Under the pieces are notes generated by a model, which worked only from the letters and a program-made list of their open reading frames with translations, was not told the origin of the DNA and did not search any database. Both the position numbers and the translations under genes were made by a program. A stretch of 63,917 nucleotides of DNA from Octopus bimaculoides (Eukaryota), in NCBI RefSeq assembly GCF_001194135.2, contig NC_068984.1:40949019-41012935 (forward strand). Reading direction: 5' to 3'. Shown in pieces: positions 1 to 14,235 of the stretch; positions within the stretch are counted from its first letter, which is position 1, and each line of letters starts with the position of its first letter.

Positions 1-241
1 CAGACAGACAGATAGACAGATAAATAAACAGACAGACAGATAGACAGATGAATAGACAGACAAACAGACAGACAGATGAATAGACAGACAAACAGACAGA
101 CAGATGAATAGACAGACAAACAGACAGACAGACAGATGAATAGACAGATAGATGAATAGACAGACAAACAGACAGACAGATGAATAGACAGACAAACAGA
201 CAGACATGAATAGACAGACAGATGAATAGACAGACAAACAG

Positions 242-272
<31 letters not shown>

Positions 273-337
273 CAGATGAAGAAACAGACAGTCAGACAGA
301 TAAATAGACAGATAGATAGATAGACAGATAAACAGAT
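1..337 (+). repeat. (GACA/GATA)n compound microsatellite with a 28-bp higher-order unit
   Basis: Recurrent GATGAATAGACAGACAAACAGACAGACA units within a GACA/GATA tract. Confidence 0.9.
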
Positions 338-338
338 A

Positions 339-481
339 GGTGTGTGGCTGTGTTATAAGAAGTTTCCTTCCCAACCAAATGGTTCCAGGTTCAGTCCCAC
401 TGCATGGCACATTGGGCATCCTCTGCTATAGCCCTGGGCTAATCAAAGCACCGTGAGTGGATTTGGTAGACAGAGACTGAA
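339..481 (+). mobile_element. SINE family A, 5' part (tRNA-like head + CORE-like segment)
   Basis: GTGTGGCTGTG...GGTTCAGTCCCACTG...GTGAGTGGATTTGGTAGAC is shared with many copies in the window. Confidence 0.75.
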
Positions 482-1049
482 AAAAAAAAACCTGTTAGTA
501 TACAAGTGTGTGTGTGTGTGTGTGTACATGTATATGTGCATGCACACAGATATGTTATCTCCTTGCAGTGATGTTACATGATAGTTGGAAATGAGTGCCA
601 TCGTAATGCAAGCAGTGTCCTTTTTTTTTTAAACATGTCTGGCCTGGGAAATATTACATTGCATGGTAACAGATGAGGGTTGGTGACAGGAAGAGTATCC
701 AGTCATAAAACATCTGCCTAAATAAATTCGACCGGCCCACACAAGTACATTTCTGTTCATCTCTCACTCTCTCCCCAAACTTTTGCAACCTTATCTACCC
801 ATTCTGATTTTTCAATTCATCTTCTTGATAGTATTTTGTAGCACTTCATCACCACGATATTTATCTCTCTTTCTAACTCCATTCCACCAACCAACAACTA
901 CCAATGGGAAATGTAAGGTAGCCATGAATCTCCTCCACAGCATCAAACTTGCACTTCCTATCAAGATCTAACCTAACAAAATCTAGCAAAAAGCAACCTC
1001 TCTACCTCCTATCCACCTGCTCAGTCAAGGGGGTTCTGTAATCTAGCAA

Positions 1050-1720
1050 ATTACAAGGTAACCTCACTAACACAAGTGCCACAACAAAATGGATTCAGTA
1101 CATACTGTGAAGTGGCATACTGGCATCAGGAAGGGCATTCAGCATATAAAACCATGCCAAAACTGAAACACAAGATCCTTTGATCCATTGGATCCTGCTG
1201 AAATGTTCAACCCATGCAAAGCATATTGAAAGGCAGTTTGCATAATGTATTCGAAATGTAATGATTCATGGTAGTGGAACACAGGGCTTGAACCAGAAGA
1301 TTTACAGTGACTAGAACTAATGGAAGCAAGTATGCATTGCAGTATGGATAATGTTAGTGTGCATGAACAACGGAGTATTAAAGAGCTGAAAGAAAAACTA
1401 AATATAAGAGGATTCAGATATAGTGTGCAAGAGAGAAGACTGCGATGGTAGAGAAATATGATGCATATGAAGGGATTACAGCTGAATAAATAAATGCTAT
1501 GCACACAAACTGAATGGAACCTGTGGAAGAGGGAGACCAAGGCAGACTTGAAATAATGTGGTGCAGATTAATTTCAGGATGTTCCATCTCATAGAGATAG
1601 AAAGAGACTATGCTGACAGATGATTCAGTTGCAGAAGACTCAATTACATGAAACCCAACAAATATTATGAGCAAAGGGAACCACAACTCACAGCAACAAA
1701 AGTAGTAATGCAGACTGAAC
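1050..1720 (+). mobile_element. Decayed RTE-clade LINE 3' fragment
   Basis: The remnant GGAACCTGTGGAAGAGGGAGACCAAGG translates as GTCGRGRPR, typical of RTE ORF C-termini. It is similar to the 19.3 kb and 22 kb copies. Confidence 0.55.
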
Positions 1721-1726
1721 TGATTT

Positions 1727-1784
<58 letters not shown>

Positions 1785-2198
1785 NNNNNNNNNNNNNNNN
1801 NNNNNNNNNNNNNNNNNNNNNNNNNNNNNNNNNNNNNNNNNNNNNNNNNNNNNNNNNNNNNNNNNNNNNNNNNNNNNNNNNNNNNNNNNNNNNNNNNNNN
1901 NNNNNNNNNNNNNNNNNNNNNNNNNNNNNNNNNNNNNNNNNNNNNNNNNNNNNNNNNNNNNNNNNNNNNNNNNNNNNNNNNNNNNNNNNNNNNNNNNNNN
2001 NNNNNNNNNNNNNNNNNNNNNNNNNNNNNNNNNNNNNNNNNNNNNNNNNNNNNNNNNNNNNNNNNNNNNNNNNNNNNNNNNNNNNNNNNNNNNNNNNNNN
2101 NNNNNNNNNNNNNNNNNNNNNNNNNNNNNNNNNNNNNNNNNNNNNNNNNNNNNNNNNNNNNNNNNNNNNNNNNNNNNNNNNNNNNNNNNNNNNNNNNN
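1785..2198. other. Assembly gap; others at 6844-6943, 19069-19231, 23893-23975, 34325-34567, 37887-37913, 42565-42970, 62805-63316
   Basis: N runs, most flanked by (TA)n, (CT)n or (CA)n tracts. Confidence 0.99.
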
Positions 2199-2224
2199 GA
2201 TGATGAATATATATACATACATAC

Positions 2225-2265
<41 letters not shown>

Positions 2266-2292
2266 CACATACATAGCTATATATATATGCCA

Positions 2293-3540
2293 ATGTTCTG
2301 CGCTTTGAGGACCAAAGACTTGAGGTATTTCCTGTTGCAAGACAGTGTGTGAGAGAGAATCGTGATGTCGTAGGAGAGAAATGTGTCCGCATGGATGATG
2401 GTTCACTTGCACTAAACGAGGCTGCAAAGAGAGGTTTGGAGACGCCACTATGAAAGGTTGCTTAATAAAGAGAATGAATGGGAGAAAGAGAGTCTGCCGA
2501 ATGTTGACCCAACAGAGGGACTAGCTATCCTAATTGACAGTACCTTGGTAGATAAAGCATTCAAGAGTATGAAAACAGGGAAAGCTCCCAGCCCATCAGG
2601 AATTACTGCAGAAATGCTCGAAATCTCTGGCAGTGTCGGCTATAGCTTAGTCACCCGTATAGTTAACCAGGTGATACATGAGGGAGTCATACCCAATGAC
2701 TGGTGTAGCAGCACCATAGTCAACTGCTACAAAGGTAAAAGTGACACTTTAGACACAAACAATTACAGAGGTATCAAGTTGTTGGACCAGGTAATGAAGG
2801 TCAGGGAGAGGGTCAGCTTAAATGAGATGCAGTTTGGATTTGTGCCAGGGAAAAGCACCACTGATGCTATATTTCTGGTAAAATAGCTGCAGGAGAAATA
2901 CCTAGCCAAAGATAAACCTCTGTATCTGGCTTCCGTTGACATGGAGAAAACCTTTGACAGGGTCCACTGATCCCTTATCTGGTGGTCAATGAGGAAACTA
3001 GGGATAGATGAATGGTTAGTGAGAACTGTGCTAGCCATGTACAGGGATGCTGTCAGTAAGGTGAGGGTTGGCAGCGAGTACAGTGAAGAATTCCGGGTAG
3101 AGTAGGGGTCCACCAAGGTTCAGTCCTCAACCCCCTCCTATTTATCATAGTCCTCCAGGCAATAACAGAGGAATTCAAGACAGGTTGCCCCTGGGAGCTC
3201 CTCTATGCTGATGATCTTGCTCTAATTGCTGAGTCACTATCAGAACTAGAGGAGAAGTTTAAGGTGTGGAAGCAAGGATTAGAATCAAAGGGCCTTAGAG
3301 TCAACCTAGCTAAAACCAAAATTCTAATAAGTAGAAAGGTAGACAAACCACAAACCCTTTCAGGTAGATGGCCCTGCTCGATCTGTAGAAAAGGCGTAGG
3401 TAGAACTCTATAAGATGTACCCAGTGTAAGCTATGGACACATACGAGGTGCAGCAATATCAAAAGAAGGCTAACTAGCAAGATAATTTTTGTATGTGGCA
3501 GATGCTCAGGTGTAATAAACACTGAAAATGTGCATAACCT
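2293..3540 (+). mobile_element. RTE-clade LINE reverse transcriptase pseudogene
   Basis: Translates with stops and frameshifts to MKTGKAPSPSG, NYRGIKLL, QFGFVPGKSTTDAIF, VDMEKTFDRV, GVHQGSVLNPLLF, LLYADDL and VNLAKTK, all non-LTR RT motifs. Confidence 0.95.
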
Positions 3541-4190
3541 GTGGCCTTTACCAGGGGTGTGGCTAGCCCACTAATACATACCTTTCCTTCTTTGGACACA
3601 AAACCCTGCTTGCAAAGACTTATTGAGGTAAGTGAAATCGAAATCGAAATTGAACCAAATTTGATGACTGACACCCAAGCCAACCTTCCCTCATTGGACA
3701 CTAAGCTCAGCTTGCAAAGACCTGTTGGGGCAAGTGAGAGCGAAACTGAACCAAATTTGATGACTGGCACACGTGCCAGTGGAGTGTTAACAGCACCACC
3801 CGAGCGGGATCACTGCCAGAGCAGTGGTGTTGCTCCCATGCCGGTGGCACGTAAAAAGCACCATTTGAGCGTGATCGTTTCCAGCTTCGCCTTACTGGCA
3901 CTTGTGCCGGTGGCATGTGAACAAAACATTGGCTGACTCCTGTGCAGGTGGCATATAAAAAACACCATTTGCCAGTACCGCCGGACTGGCCCTCGAGTCG
4001 GTGGCACGTAAAAATCACTCACTACACTCTCGGTGTGGTTGGCATTAGGAGGGGCATTCAGCTGTAGAAACTCTGCCAGATCAGACTGGAGTCTAGTGTA
4101 GCCATCCACTTCGCCAGTCCTCAGTCAAATCGTCCAACCCATGCTAGCATGGAAAGCGGACGTTAAATGGTAATGATGATGATGATGATA
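3541..4190 (+). mobile_element. RTE 3' region with internal tandem repeats and (GAT)n tail
   Basis: Two ~95-bp repeats (GCTTGCAAAGAC...GAACCAAATTTGATGACT), several GGTGGCACGTAAAAA units, then AAATCGTCCAACCCATGCTAGCATGGAAAGCGGACGTTAAA followed by (GAT)n. Confidence 0.8.
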
Positions 4191-4919
4191 TATATATCTT
4201 TATTTACATACATACATCTAGTGAAGAGATCAAGAATTAAAATATGAAAAAGAGGAAAGGAAGAAGGGGTAAGCAGGTTGTTGCAGAGATGCTACATGGT
4301 CACTCACCTTTAGGAGAAAGAGTGAGAATGATCAGTAGGTGCTACAAATCCAAGTGGTCCCTCAAGGTACAAGGTGGGAAGAACCCTGTTAGGACATAAG
4401 AACTAGGAGTGTGAGTGGGTGAGGGTTTGCAAGAGATGGGGTGAATGGGTGGTATGCAACAACTTAATAGACTGAGTCGGATTGAAGGGTGGATGTAGGG
4501 AGTAATAAATTATCAATGCTGGATGAATTGGGGAAGGTGGAGGGGAGTAATAGTGGCAGTAATGATGATACTCTTTACAGGAGAATGAGAGAGAGAGAGA
4601 GAGAGATGACATGAGGTTGGGTAGGCAACAGAAGTGGGGAGGAGAAAGGAAAGAGAGAGCCAAGCTTAGTGCATGAGGAGATAATTTGGTTTGTTTGGGG
4701 GAGGGATGGAGCGCATCATTAACGTGGGTGAGGAGAACAATAATTACTGGATGAAGTGCTAACAAGTCATATGGCTCAAGGTGGCAAGAAAAAATAGGAT
4801 AGTCTGAAGAGGAAGGGGAAATACAGTGACAGATATAATGGGTGGGCGGTCAGTATAAATATATGTACACATATTTATATATATATATATATATATTTAT
4901 ACAGACATTTACATACATA

Positions 4920-5068
4920 CATCATCATCATCGTCGTTTAACGTCCGCTTTCCATGCTAGCATGAGTTGGACGATTTGACTGAGGACTGGTGAAACCAGA
5001 TGGCTACACCAGGCTCCAGTCTGATTTGGCAGAGTTTCTACAGCTGGATGCCCTTCCTAACGCCAACC
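4920..5068 (-). mobile_element. 5'-truncated RTE 3'-tail copy
   Basis: Near-identical reverse complement of 4030-4190, with an (ATC)n tail. Confidence 0.9.
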
Positions 5069-5389
5069 ATACATATATATAAAACAAATACACACATACA
5101 ATATATATAAAAAACAAATACACACATACAATATATATAACATACAAATACACACGCATATTCATACATGTATAAGTATATGTAACATACAAATATTCTT
5201 TTATTACTTGTTTCAGTCATTTGACTGTAGCCATGCTGGAGCTCTGCCTTAAAGGGCTTTAGTCGAAGAAACTGACCCCAGAACTTATTCTATTGAGCTC
5301 TTATATACACATACATATATGTATGTATGCATGCATGCATGCATGCAATTATGTGTGTATGTATGTATCCATGCATGTATACATATATA

Positions 5390-5610
5390 TATCATCTACA
5401 TCATCATTTAACAGCCACTTTCCATTGCCTGCATGAATCAGAGAGAATTTGCTAAAGCATATTTTGTACAGCCAAAGGCCATTGCTGTCACCAACACTCA
5501 CCTCTTTACAAGCAAGGTAATATTTCCCAATTGTGATTTTCCACAGAAGACAAGAAAGGTGCAGCATCACTTGTATGATGGTGATGCTCACTTACAAGAA
5601 TCACATAATG
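5390..5610 (-). mobile_element. Older RTE-tail-related repeat
   Basis: It shares CAAGCAAGGTAATATT and TGATGGTGATGCT-like segments with 56720-56920 and 590-750, and has a CATCAT tail. Confidence 0.5.
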
Positions 5611-5806
5611 CCATGACAAGGATGCAAATGCCTGCACAAACACACATAAATACATATACAACATGCTTCATTCAGTTTTTGGTTACCAAACCTGCTCACC
5701 AGAAATTGGTTTGCCTAAGTTATAGCAGAAGACACTAGCTCAAGAGTCCATACAGTGCGACTGGAATTGATGGGACACAAGAATCTTAAACAAACAGCCT
5801 TCCCTG

Positions 5807-5998
<192 letters not shown>

Positions 5999-6794
5999 TA
6001 CATGTATACTCATATCTGTATGCATACACACACACATACACCTACTTGTTTCAGCCCTTTATCGGAGGCCATGCTAAGGTACCCCCGTGAAGGGTTTAGT
6101 TGAAGAAATTCACCCTAGTACTTTATTTTCTAACCATGGTATTTGCTATGTCAGACTCTTTTTTTTTTTTTTACCAAACTGCTAAGTTAAGTCAGCATAA
6201 ACAATCAGTTGTTGAGAAACATCTGACATGACATAATGCAGACCCAGCTTAATTATTTTTAAACCAACTTAAGTACAAACTTGGATCAACAAAGCTGTCA
6301 ATATTACAACATGTGTCAAGTAAAGTTACGTTTAAATCAATATTGATATCATCTTTATTCCTATTATTCAACATTCAGAGGGATTGTAAGCTTCTCAGAA
6401 AAATAATCATTCCTAACATCTAGCTTCAATTGGAATATAAACTGCATAAAATGGGAATATTAGAAATATTTTCTTACTGCATATTAACAAAAACTTGCTT
6501 ACATATGTATATCAACACACACACACATACTTAAATGCTTTCATATCGACATATACATATATACACTTATATATTCATACTTATATATGTGTGCACACTC
6601 TCTCTTCTATATGTATGTATGTATACACATATATAGAGAGAGGGAGAGGTAATGATATAGATATAGCGGTACTACTAAAGCAGCACGGTCCCGAACTCGC
6701 AGTTGCTAGCTAGTCGTGAGTGTTCGATCCTAGCCATGATCCTAACCCGCGTGTGTAAATGAATACATGTTTAGGGTTAGTATCGACCACGCTG

Positions 6795-6827
<33 letters not shown>

Positions 6828-7595
6828 CATATATATATACATANNNNNNNNNNNNNNNNNNNNNNNNNNNNNNNNNNNNNNNNNNNNNNNNNNNNNNNNN
6901 NNNNNNNNNNNNNNNNNNNNNNNNNNNNNNNNNNNNNNNNNNNATATATATATATATATATATATATACATACACACACACACACACACGTACTGACACC
7001 ACTTTTGTTAGCTTTATATTGATAAAATTATTTGTGTGTATGTGTGTATATATATATATATTCACATATAGAGAAATTTATATACGTATATTAGTATATG
7101 TAATGTTTTCTTACATTTCAATTATACTGCTTAGTGAAGAGAAATAATTTCTTTGACTTAATAAACAATTTTTGTAGTGTTTATAGATAGATATTTTCTA
7201 ACATATAGCATAGATGCATATTAAAATGACTCCTGTCACGACATAATTTATATTTTTATTATCATTCTTTCGATAGTATTGATGATGATAATTACTATAA
7301 ATACACTAATAATTATTGTGCTTGATATTGTATACTGATATTTAGTTATTAAGTAATAGCTTTGTGCCAAAGTAAATATATTATGTATAAGTATATCTAT
7401 GTTGATGGTGATGATGATCAAGATGAAGATGATTTTAGAAATAAAATTTCTAATTAATATTAAAATCTCTGATGATTTTAAAATTTAATTTGAATTTGGA
7501 ATTTTTGTCAAATTTGGAATTTTCGCGTAAGAAAGAATGCGAAAGTAATCATTTCTTTATCATTGTCATAAGGATGCGAAAATAATGGCACCAAC

Positions 7596-7715
7596 CTTTC
7601 CAGATTCCCTTTCGAAGTTAACAAATTCTGTTGTTGCTATTCTGTCTTCTGGTTTATCTGACCATGATTTGGCAGCAAAGCTTAGTGAAAAGGTAGTTCC
7701 TGTTGACACGAAAGC
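7596..7715 (-). CDS. CBFB: CBFB coding exon 3 (120 nt); gene continues left of the window
   Basis: tgcag|AFVSTGTTFSLSFAAKSWSDKPEDRIATTEFVNFERESGK|gttggt. It matches human AFVATGTNLSLQF...EYVDLEREAGK. Exon 4 was not found in 1-7595. Confidence 0.94.
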
Positions 7716-8103
7716 CTGCAAATTTTAAAAATTATCTTTTAATAAAAATGTCATCACATATAATCCTATTTTGAAAATAAATCTATAAGCACAAATTCTA
7801 TTTGCATAAATAGTCAGTGATTTCTTCAAACTTATGCAATTTTGACAATTTCTGAAAAAAAAAAAAAAAAAAAAATGGGAGGTAACGGCAAAAGAAATAG
7901 TACTTTCCCCATAGCCTAGATCATAAGGCTTTAGTTTAGAAATTAAATATATTTTCATATACAATTAATAGCATTTAAGACGATGATCTTTAATGATAGA
8001 TGATATACACGTATATCCTGATAGATCACTATCACAAAAAAGTGGGAGTGTAGGCTAGTTTAAATAAACTATGATCGCTGACAGTAGGAAATATTTTACT
8101 TAC

Positions 8104-8190
8104 TATATCAGCATGTCCTTCACGACATTCTGTTTGAAATCGAAGCTGTCGTTCTTCTTCAGGTTTATCACGGAATCCTGTATATTTTAT
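8104..8190 (-). CDS. CBFB: CBFB coding exon 2 (87 nt)
   Basis: ttag|IKYTGFRDKPEEERQLRFQTECREGHADI|gtaagt, phase 0 at both ends. It matches human IKYTGFRDRPHEERQARFQNACRDGRSEI. Confidence 0.96.
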
Positions 8191-8326
8191 CTAAAAATAA
8201 AATGAAAATAAAATAATAATAACCGATTAACTTAACTGAGTATCGGCATTTAAACTACGCAACTAGGTTCATTGAAAGGTGAAGAGAAAATTACTTCCGG
8301 GTAAATGAATACTATAACAAACTTAC

Positions 8327-8404
8327 CTCGCTTTCGTGACTAAGTTTCCGAAACAAATCATCGTGTTCGAATTTATCTCTTTGATCAGGAACAACTTTTG
8401 GCAT
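8327..8404 (-). CDS. CBFB: Core-binding factor beta, coding exon 1 (78 nt)
   Basis: The reverse strand reads ATG...MPKVVPDQRDKFEHDDLFRKLSHESE followed by the donor gtaagt (acttac at 8321-8326). It matches the human CBFB N-terminus MPRVVPDQRSKFENEEFFRKLSRECE. Confidence 0.96.
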
Positions 8405-9562
<1,158 letters not shown>

Positions 9563-12500
9563 TGAATCTGTACTTTAAAATTACTGAGAATATTTATCAA
9601 TCTATCATTGTTCAAAATTTATGAATTTGCAGTGTATGCATTCATCTCGGGGGTGAGGGTGTCTATTAAGACTGCTAAACAATCCTATAAAACTTTCATT
9701 CTATATTCCTTGTTTCAGTTTACATTGTTTGGTTTCATATAATTATGTCTGTTAGGTTTATATTTATTGATATTATTTACAATTTGGTTTCGTAGCAGGA
9801 AGATTGATTGAGGTTGAAATGTAACCCTTGGCTTTAAACATTACTTATGTAATCAACTCTTCATTCAAGATAACTTGTTCTTTAACAGATCAGTGTTACT
9901 GAATTTCACAGCCATTGTTTGTATGTTTATCGTTTACAATCTAATCAAATGACACAAAAATATTTCCACTGACATCATGGTTTTCATTAGTATATTGGCA
10001 GACTTTACGTCATGCAGCTAGTGTTTGACGACCACAATATCACAGACGTAGCAGCAAAGTAAAAAGTATACATATCACCATCGCTGTTGACGATGGATAC
10101 TCTGACTGTTCTATCAACTGAACTGCCTACGCATTGAACTACAATGTATGTGGCTGAGTATTCCATAGGCATATATAGCGATATCGTAATTTTCAGGCTG
10201 AATGAGCTTGGTACAGTGTATAGTAAAGATGAATTACGAGTATCGTCTAAGGGACATCAGTTTCCATCTACTCATTTCTACTCAGTACTGGAGTTTGACA
10301 TGAAGCTATCTATGGTAAAAGAGTACATGCAGTGTGGTCGAACCCAGGTCCTCATGATTGCAAATTGTACCTGAACTTCTTACTCACTTGGCCATGTGTG
10401 CATCCTAAAATACCAATAAAACAAACAAAACACACACACTCACACACATCCATCCATCCATATATATATATATATAGATAGATAGATAGATATACACACA
10501 CATATATATGTGTGTGTGTGTGTGCGTGCGCGCGCACACGAGCGCAGACACGATACTCCCTTGTTTTTACCAAATGTAACTTCCTTTTGCTCTTGAAAAA
10601 TTGGGCGATCGTCTAAATAAAAACAATCAGAATAGTTGTTTTGATTTGAAGCCTCGTGACTGATGTTTCACCTGCGAACGAGTCACATACAAAATGAGCA
10701 GAAACGAACAGCTATTATTATGTGTCTTCCTCCACACTTAATAAATGTATTCACAATTTACGTTGTCTAAATTCTATTTAGACTAGTATTTTGAGGAAGA
10801 GAGAATATTTTTAACTGTTATGTAATAAACATTGATAAAAGCTGTTATTATCTCTTTACTTCTCAATAAACCAACACCTCTACACTCCGATGTTTGTTTT
10901 AAAATCTATTAATTAACATTAATGAACACTATCAAACTACACCTTTTCCGTTTTTTTTTCTCAAGTACTTTATTAGTATAATGTATGTGTATGTAATTCC
11001 TTGTGATGACGAAAGTTACATAAAAGAGTCATGTTATTCAGTACAACTTATTGAAGCTATTATTAGATACAAAATGACCATTTGTTACTACTACTGTTGC
11101 GTCTTGAGATATTTATTTTGTCTTTTGATGCCAGTCATAACAAAATGTTATTATCCTCGTATCGATGGAGATCTTAATTATTTTTATAGGAAAATATTAT
11201 CATATGAAAGAATAGATAGTTCAGGAGAACTATCTATTTTTTCATGATTGATGGGGTTTTAATGAATGCATCAATTCTGGTTGTTTTTTCTTTGATTATA
11301 TTTAGGGGAGATATAGTAATGTTATGCGGACAAATAATTGATTAGAGCATGGCTTGTTTTAAGGCTTCTATTGTAACAAATTGTCAATTAACAGGGTTGA
11401 TATACATGAGTAAACTCAATAAAGATGAAATGACCGAGTAGATCTCGTGATTCTAAGGTTTATATCAGAGCAGACGTTTTTTATCACCTACTCCTAAAAA
11501 TAGAGATTCCATGCATTTCCCTGACAATGTTACTTCTCTGCGATAGGCTAGCGTCCTATCCATGGAAAAGAGAATTATCTACTTCTCAAAAGCTAGAATT
11601 TAGCATGAATGGGATTCGTAAATATACTTTCAATTGAACTGAAAGCACTTTTAAGTAAAATGTTTTTACGGATCGGCGATTTCCATTCAGTTTGTTTTGT
11701 TATTTTTTTTTAAGATATGGCTTAATTTCTATCTTTTATTTATAATTTAATTCCATAGATATACCATCAGATGGTGTTTCGTAACCATATTTTATTTTAT
11801 TTTACCCACAAACAAATGTTTGTACTTCTCTCCCCTCTATTTTGTACTTATTTCTCTTAAAATAAGTAAATCAATGCAGTGTGTTCCTTTTTATACCTTT
11901 TTTTTGTTTTGGTTTTCCTTTTTGATGAGTTGGCGCGAGTGGAATGAAGATTTCAACACTATTTCGCACAATTCTATCGGTTACATCGTTATTACATTTT
12001 TCTTGTTTTGATATTCTATCATTGTGCTTGTATATAATATTAAAACGTGTGGGCGTGTTTAACCTTCTGTGTATGCTTTCAGAAAATAAATAAATGAATA
12101 AAAAGATATTTTTTCCGACTGTAAACATTTCATAAACACTAAGTGTTTTTTAGGGCCGTAAATAGGCCCATTTTTAAGGTGTGAAATGAGTGAGAAAGTA
12201 AATCTTCTCGTAGCTAGCATCTTAATGTTGGTGATTATTCCAAGTAAAGCAATATAGAATAAACTATTCTACCTAAAAACAACAACTGTAGCAGATTTTG
12301 AATTCATAAAGTACAAGTTGCTACTTCAAAAACTTTAGCCCAATTGCCTGTTCCTTATCTGTGTAGAGCTTATCTAGTTGCTTACGGGTTACATACTTGA
12401 GTGAATGATACATCTCAACTTATTAAAAGTAAATTATTTTGAAGAAAAGTGTGATAAAAATTATTCACTGCTAGTAATGTACAGCTGCTGCCAAATCCTG

Positions 12501-12597
12501 TCTTAATTATAGGGCTTTATTTTGCTACTGGTATAATAATTATACAATTACATTTATACAAACCTGCATGTACACATACAGTGTTGCATGAGCAAAA

Positions 12598-12850
12598 TCT
12601 GCTTATGTAGCTCGATTTGCAACCACATAGTTTCAGGTTCAGTCCCACTGTACAGCACCTTGGAAAAGTGTTTTCTAATATAGCCCCGCACTGACCAATG
12701 CCTATGTGAATGAATTCACATGGAAACAGTGTGATGTATAAATAATGCATGTGTTTTCCTCCACTACTGCTTGACACTGAAAACTGGGGTCGATTTGTTC
12801 AACTAAACCCTTAGAGGTGGTGCCACAGTCTAATGACTGAAACATGTTAG
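12598..12850 (+). mobile_element. SINE family A
   Basis: GGTTCAGTCCCACTG...GCACCTTGG...GGGGTCGATTTGTTCAACTAAA...GACTGAAAC. Confidence 0.8.
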
Positions 12851-13917
12851 ATATATAAATAATTATCAACCAAATAAAGACCAGTTGTGTACCATTTTAT
12901 TTTAAATAGTTTCAAGCTATCAGATTCCTTTAGTTTATGAAAATGTATTATATAAGCAAAAATTTTCTTTTTTAAATTACATATATTTTCGATATTTTAC
13001 CTGCTCTATACTGAATACTAGAATTGGTTATTTATTTAAATATTTAATGTTTCAAGTTGATATGGTGTCTACCAAGCATAATTTTATACAGAAACCTTAT
13101 AGAATAGCTCATCAGTTTAGAGAAGTGCCAAGCTAATTTTTTTTTCCTTTGTCTTGTAGGAGAAACTGCTTTTACTCTGTGAAAGCATGTGTACTTCTTA
13201 ACTAAGAATTCCTGGGTGTTATAACTTCCTACAATATACAAATGTCATAAACTCCTATATTTTTTTTTCATTCATTAATGATAATCTTCAGATTTATTCC
13301 AATATATCTTTATAAGTTCTTGAATGGTCTTTTTCTTCTGGTTTTAAAGAATATTCTAAACTTTGACACAAACTATTGTTTACACTGCACTAGCTCCGTT
13401 TCCTTCTTTGGGTTTTGAAGACATGACTTCAGCAACGTTAGCTGATAAAATACTTATAATTCACTACTCTTCTTATTTGCAGTCCTAAAAAAGTCCTCTT
13501 ATTTAGTGATGATATACAACTAAGTTAACTGAACCAGTCTAAGTTAAATCACAGAAACCAATGTAACAACAGCTGGTAATTCAATATACTGATTCAATCT
13601 AACAATTAACATTAGTTTTATTATAAATTCAATTATTAAAATTATATGATTTATAAATTTATTCTGTTCTTATGTAAAGAAGTTTTAGTTTGCATCTATT
13701 ACACATTATAGAAGCTTAGTTGTTGGGAAAAGAACTAAAATATTTTTAACCAAGATCACTGTAGAGTTTGTATGGCTGGTCATAATTTGATTCCAATGTT
13801 CTCACAAGAACAGTGCCTTTACTCATCTGCTCTGTTTGCTGTGATACCACTAATCTCTATTTACAACACAGAAGAATATAAGGAATAGTAGCCTATGTTG
13901 TATATAGTTTAAAATTT

Positions 13918-14235
13918 GCTGTGGCTATGTGGTTAAGAACCTTGCTTCCCAACCATGTGGTTTTGGGCTCAGTCCCACTGTGTGACACCTTGGGCAAATG
14001 AGTAGATTTGATAGAGGACCATCATATGTGTGTGTTTGTATTTGTCCCTCACCACTGCTTGACAACTAGTGATAGTTTGTTTATATCCTTGTAACTTAGC
14101 ATTTCAACTAATAAGACTGATATAATAACTACTGGATTTTATAAAAAAAACACGTACTGGAATAGATTTTTTCAGCTAAATCTGTCAAGGCAGTGCCCCA
14201 GCATGGCCACTGTTCATTGTCTGAAACAAGTAAAA
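13918..14235 (+). mobile_element. SINE family A, near full length
   Basis: GTGGCTATGTGGTTAAG...GACACCTTGGGCAA...CAGCATGGCCAC...CTGAAACAAGTAAAAGA. Confidence 0.85.

Noticed and set aside
1648-2448. Long ORFs spanning N-gaps and YIYI/THTH/SLSL/RERE ORFs across the track
   Set aside because: These are artefacts of Ns and dinucleotide repeats.
3585-4030. Repeat-spacer-like pattern resembling a CRISPR array
   Set aside because: The units are irregular and degenerate, sit inside a eukaryotic retroelement 3' region, and have no cas genes nearby.
4230-4850. Purine-rich tract and antisense 120-aa ORF
   Set aside because: Low-complexity sequence with no recognisable protein motif.
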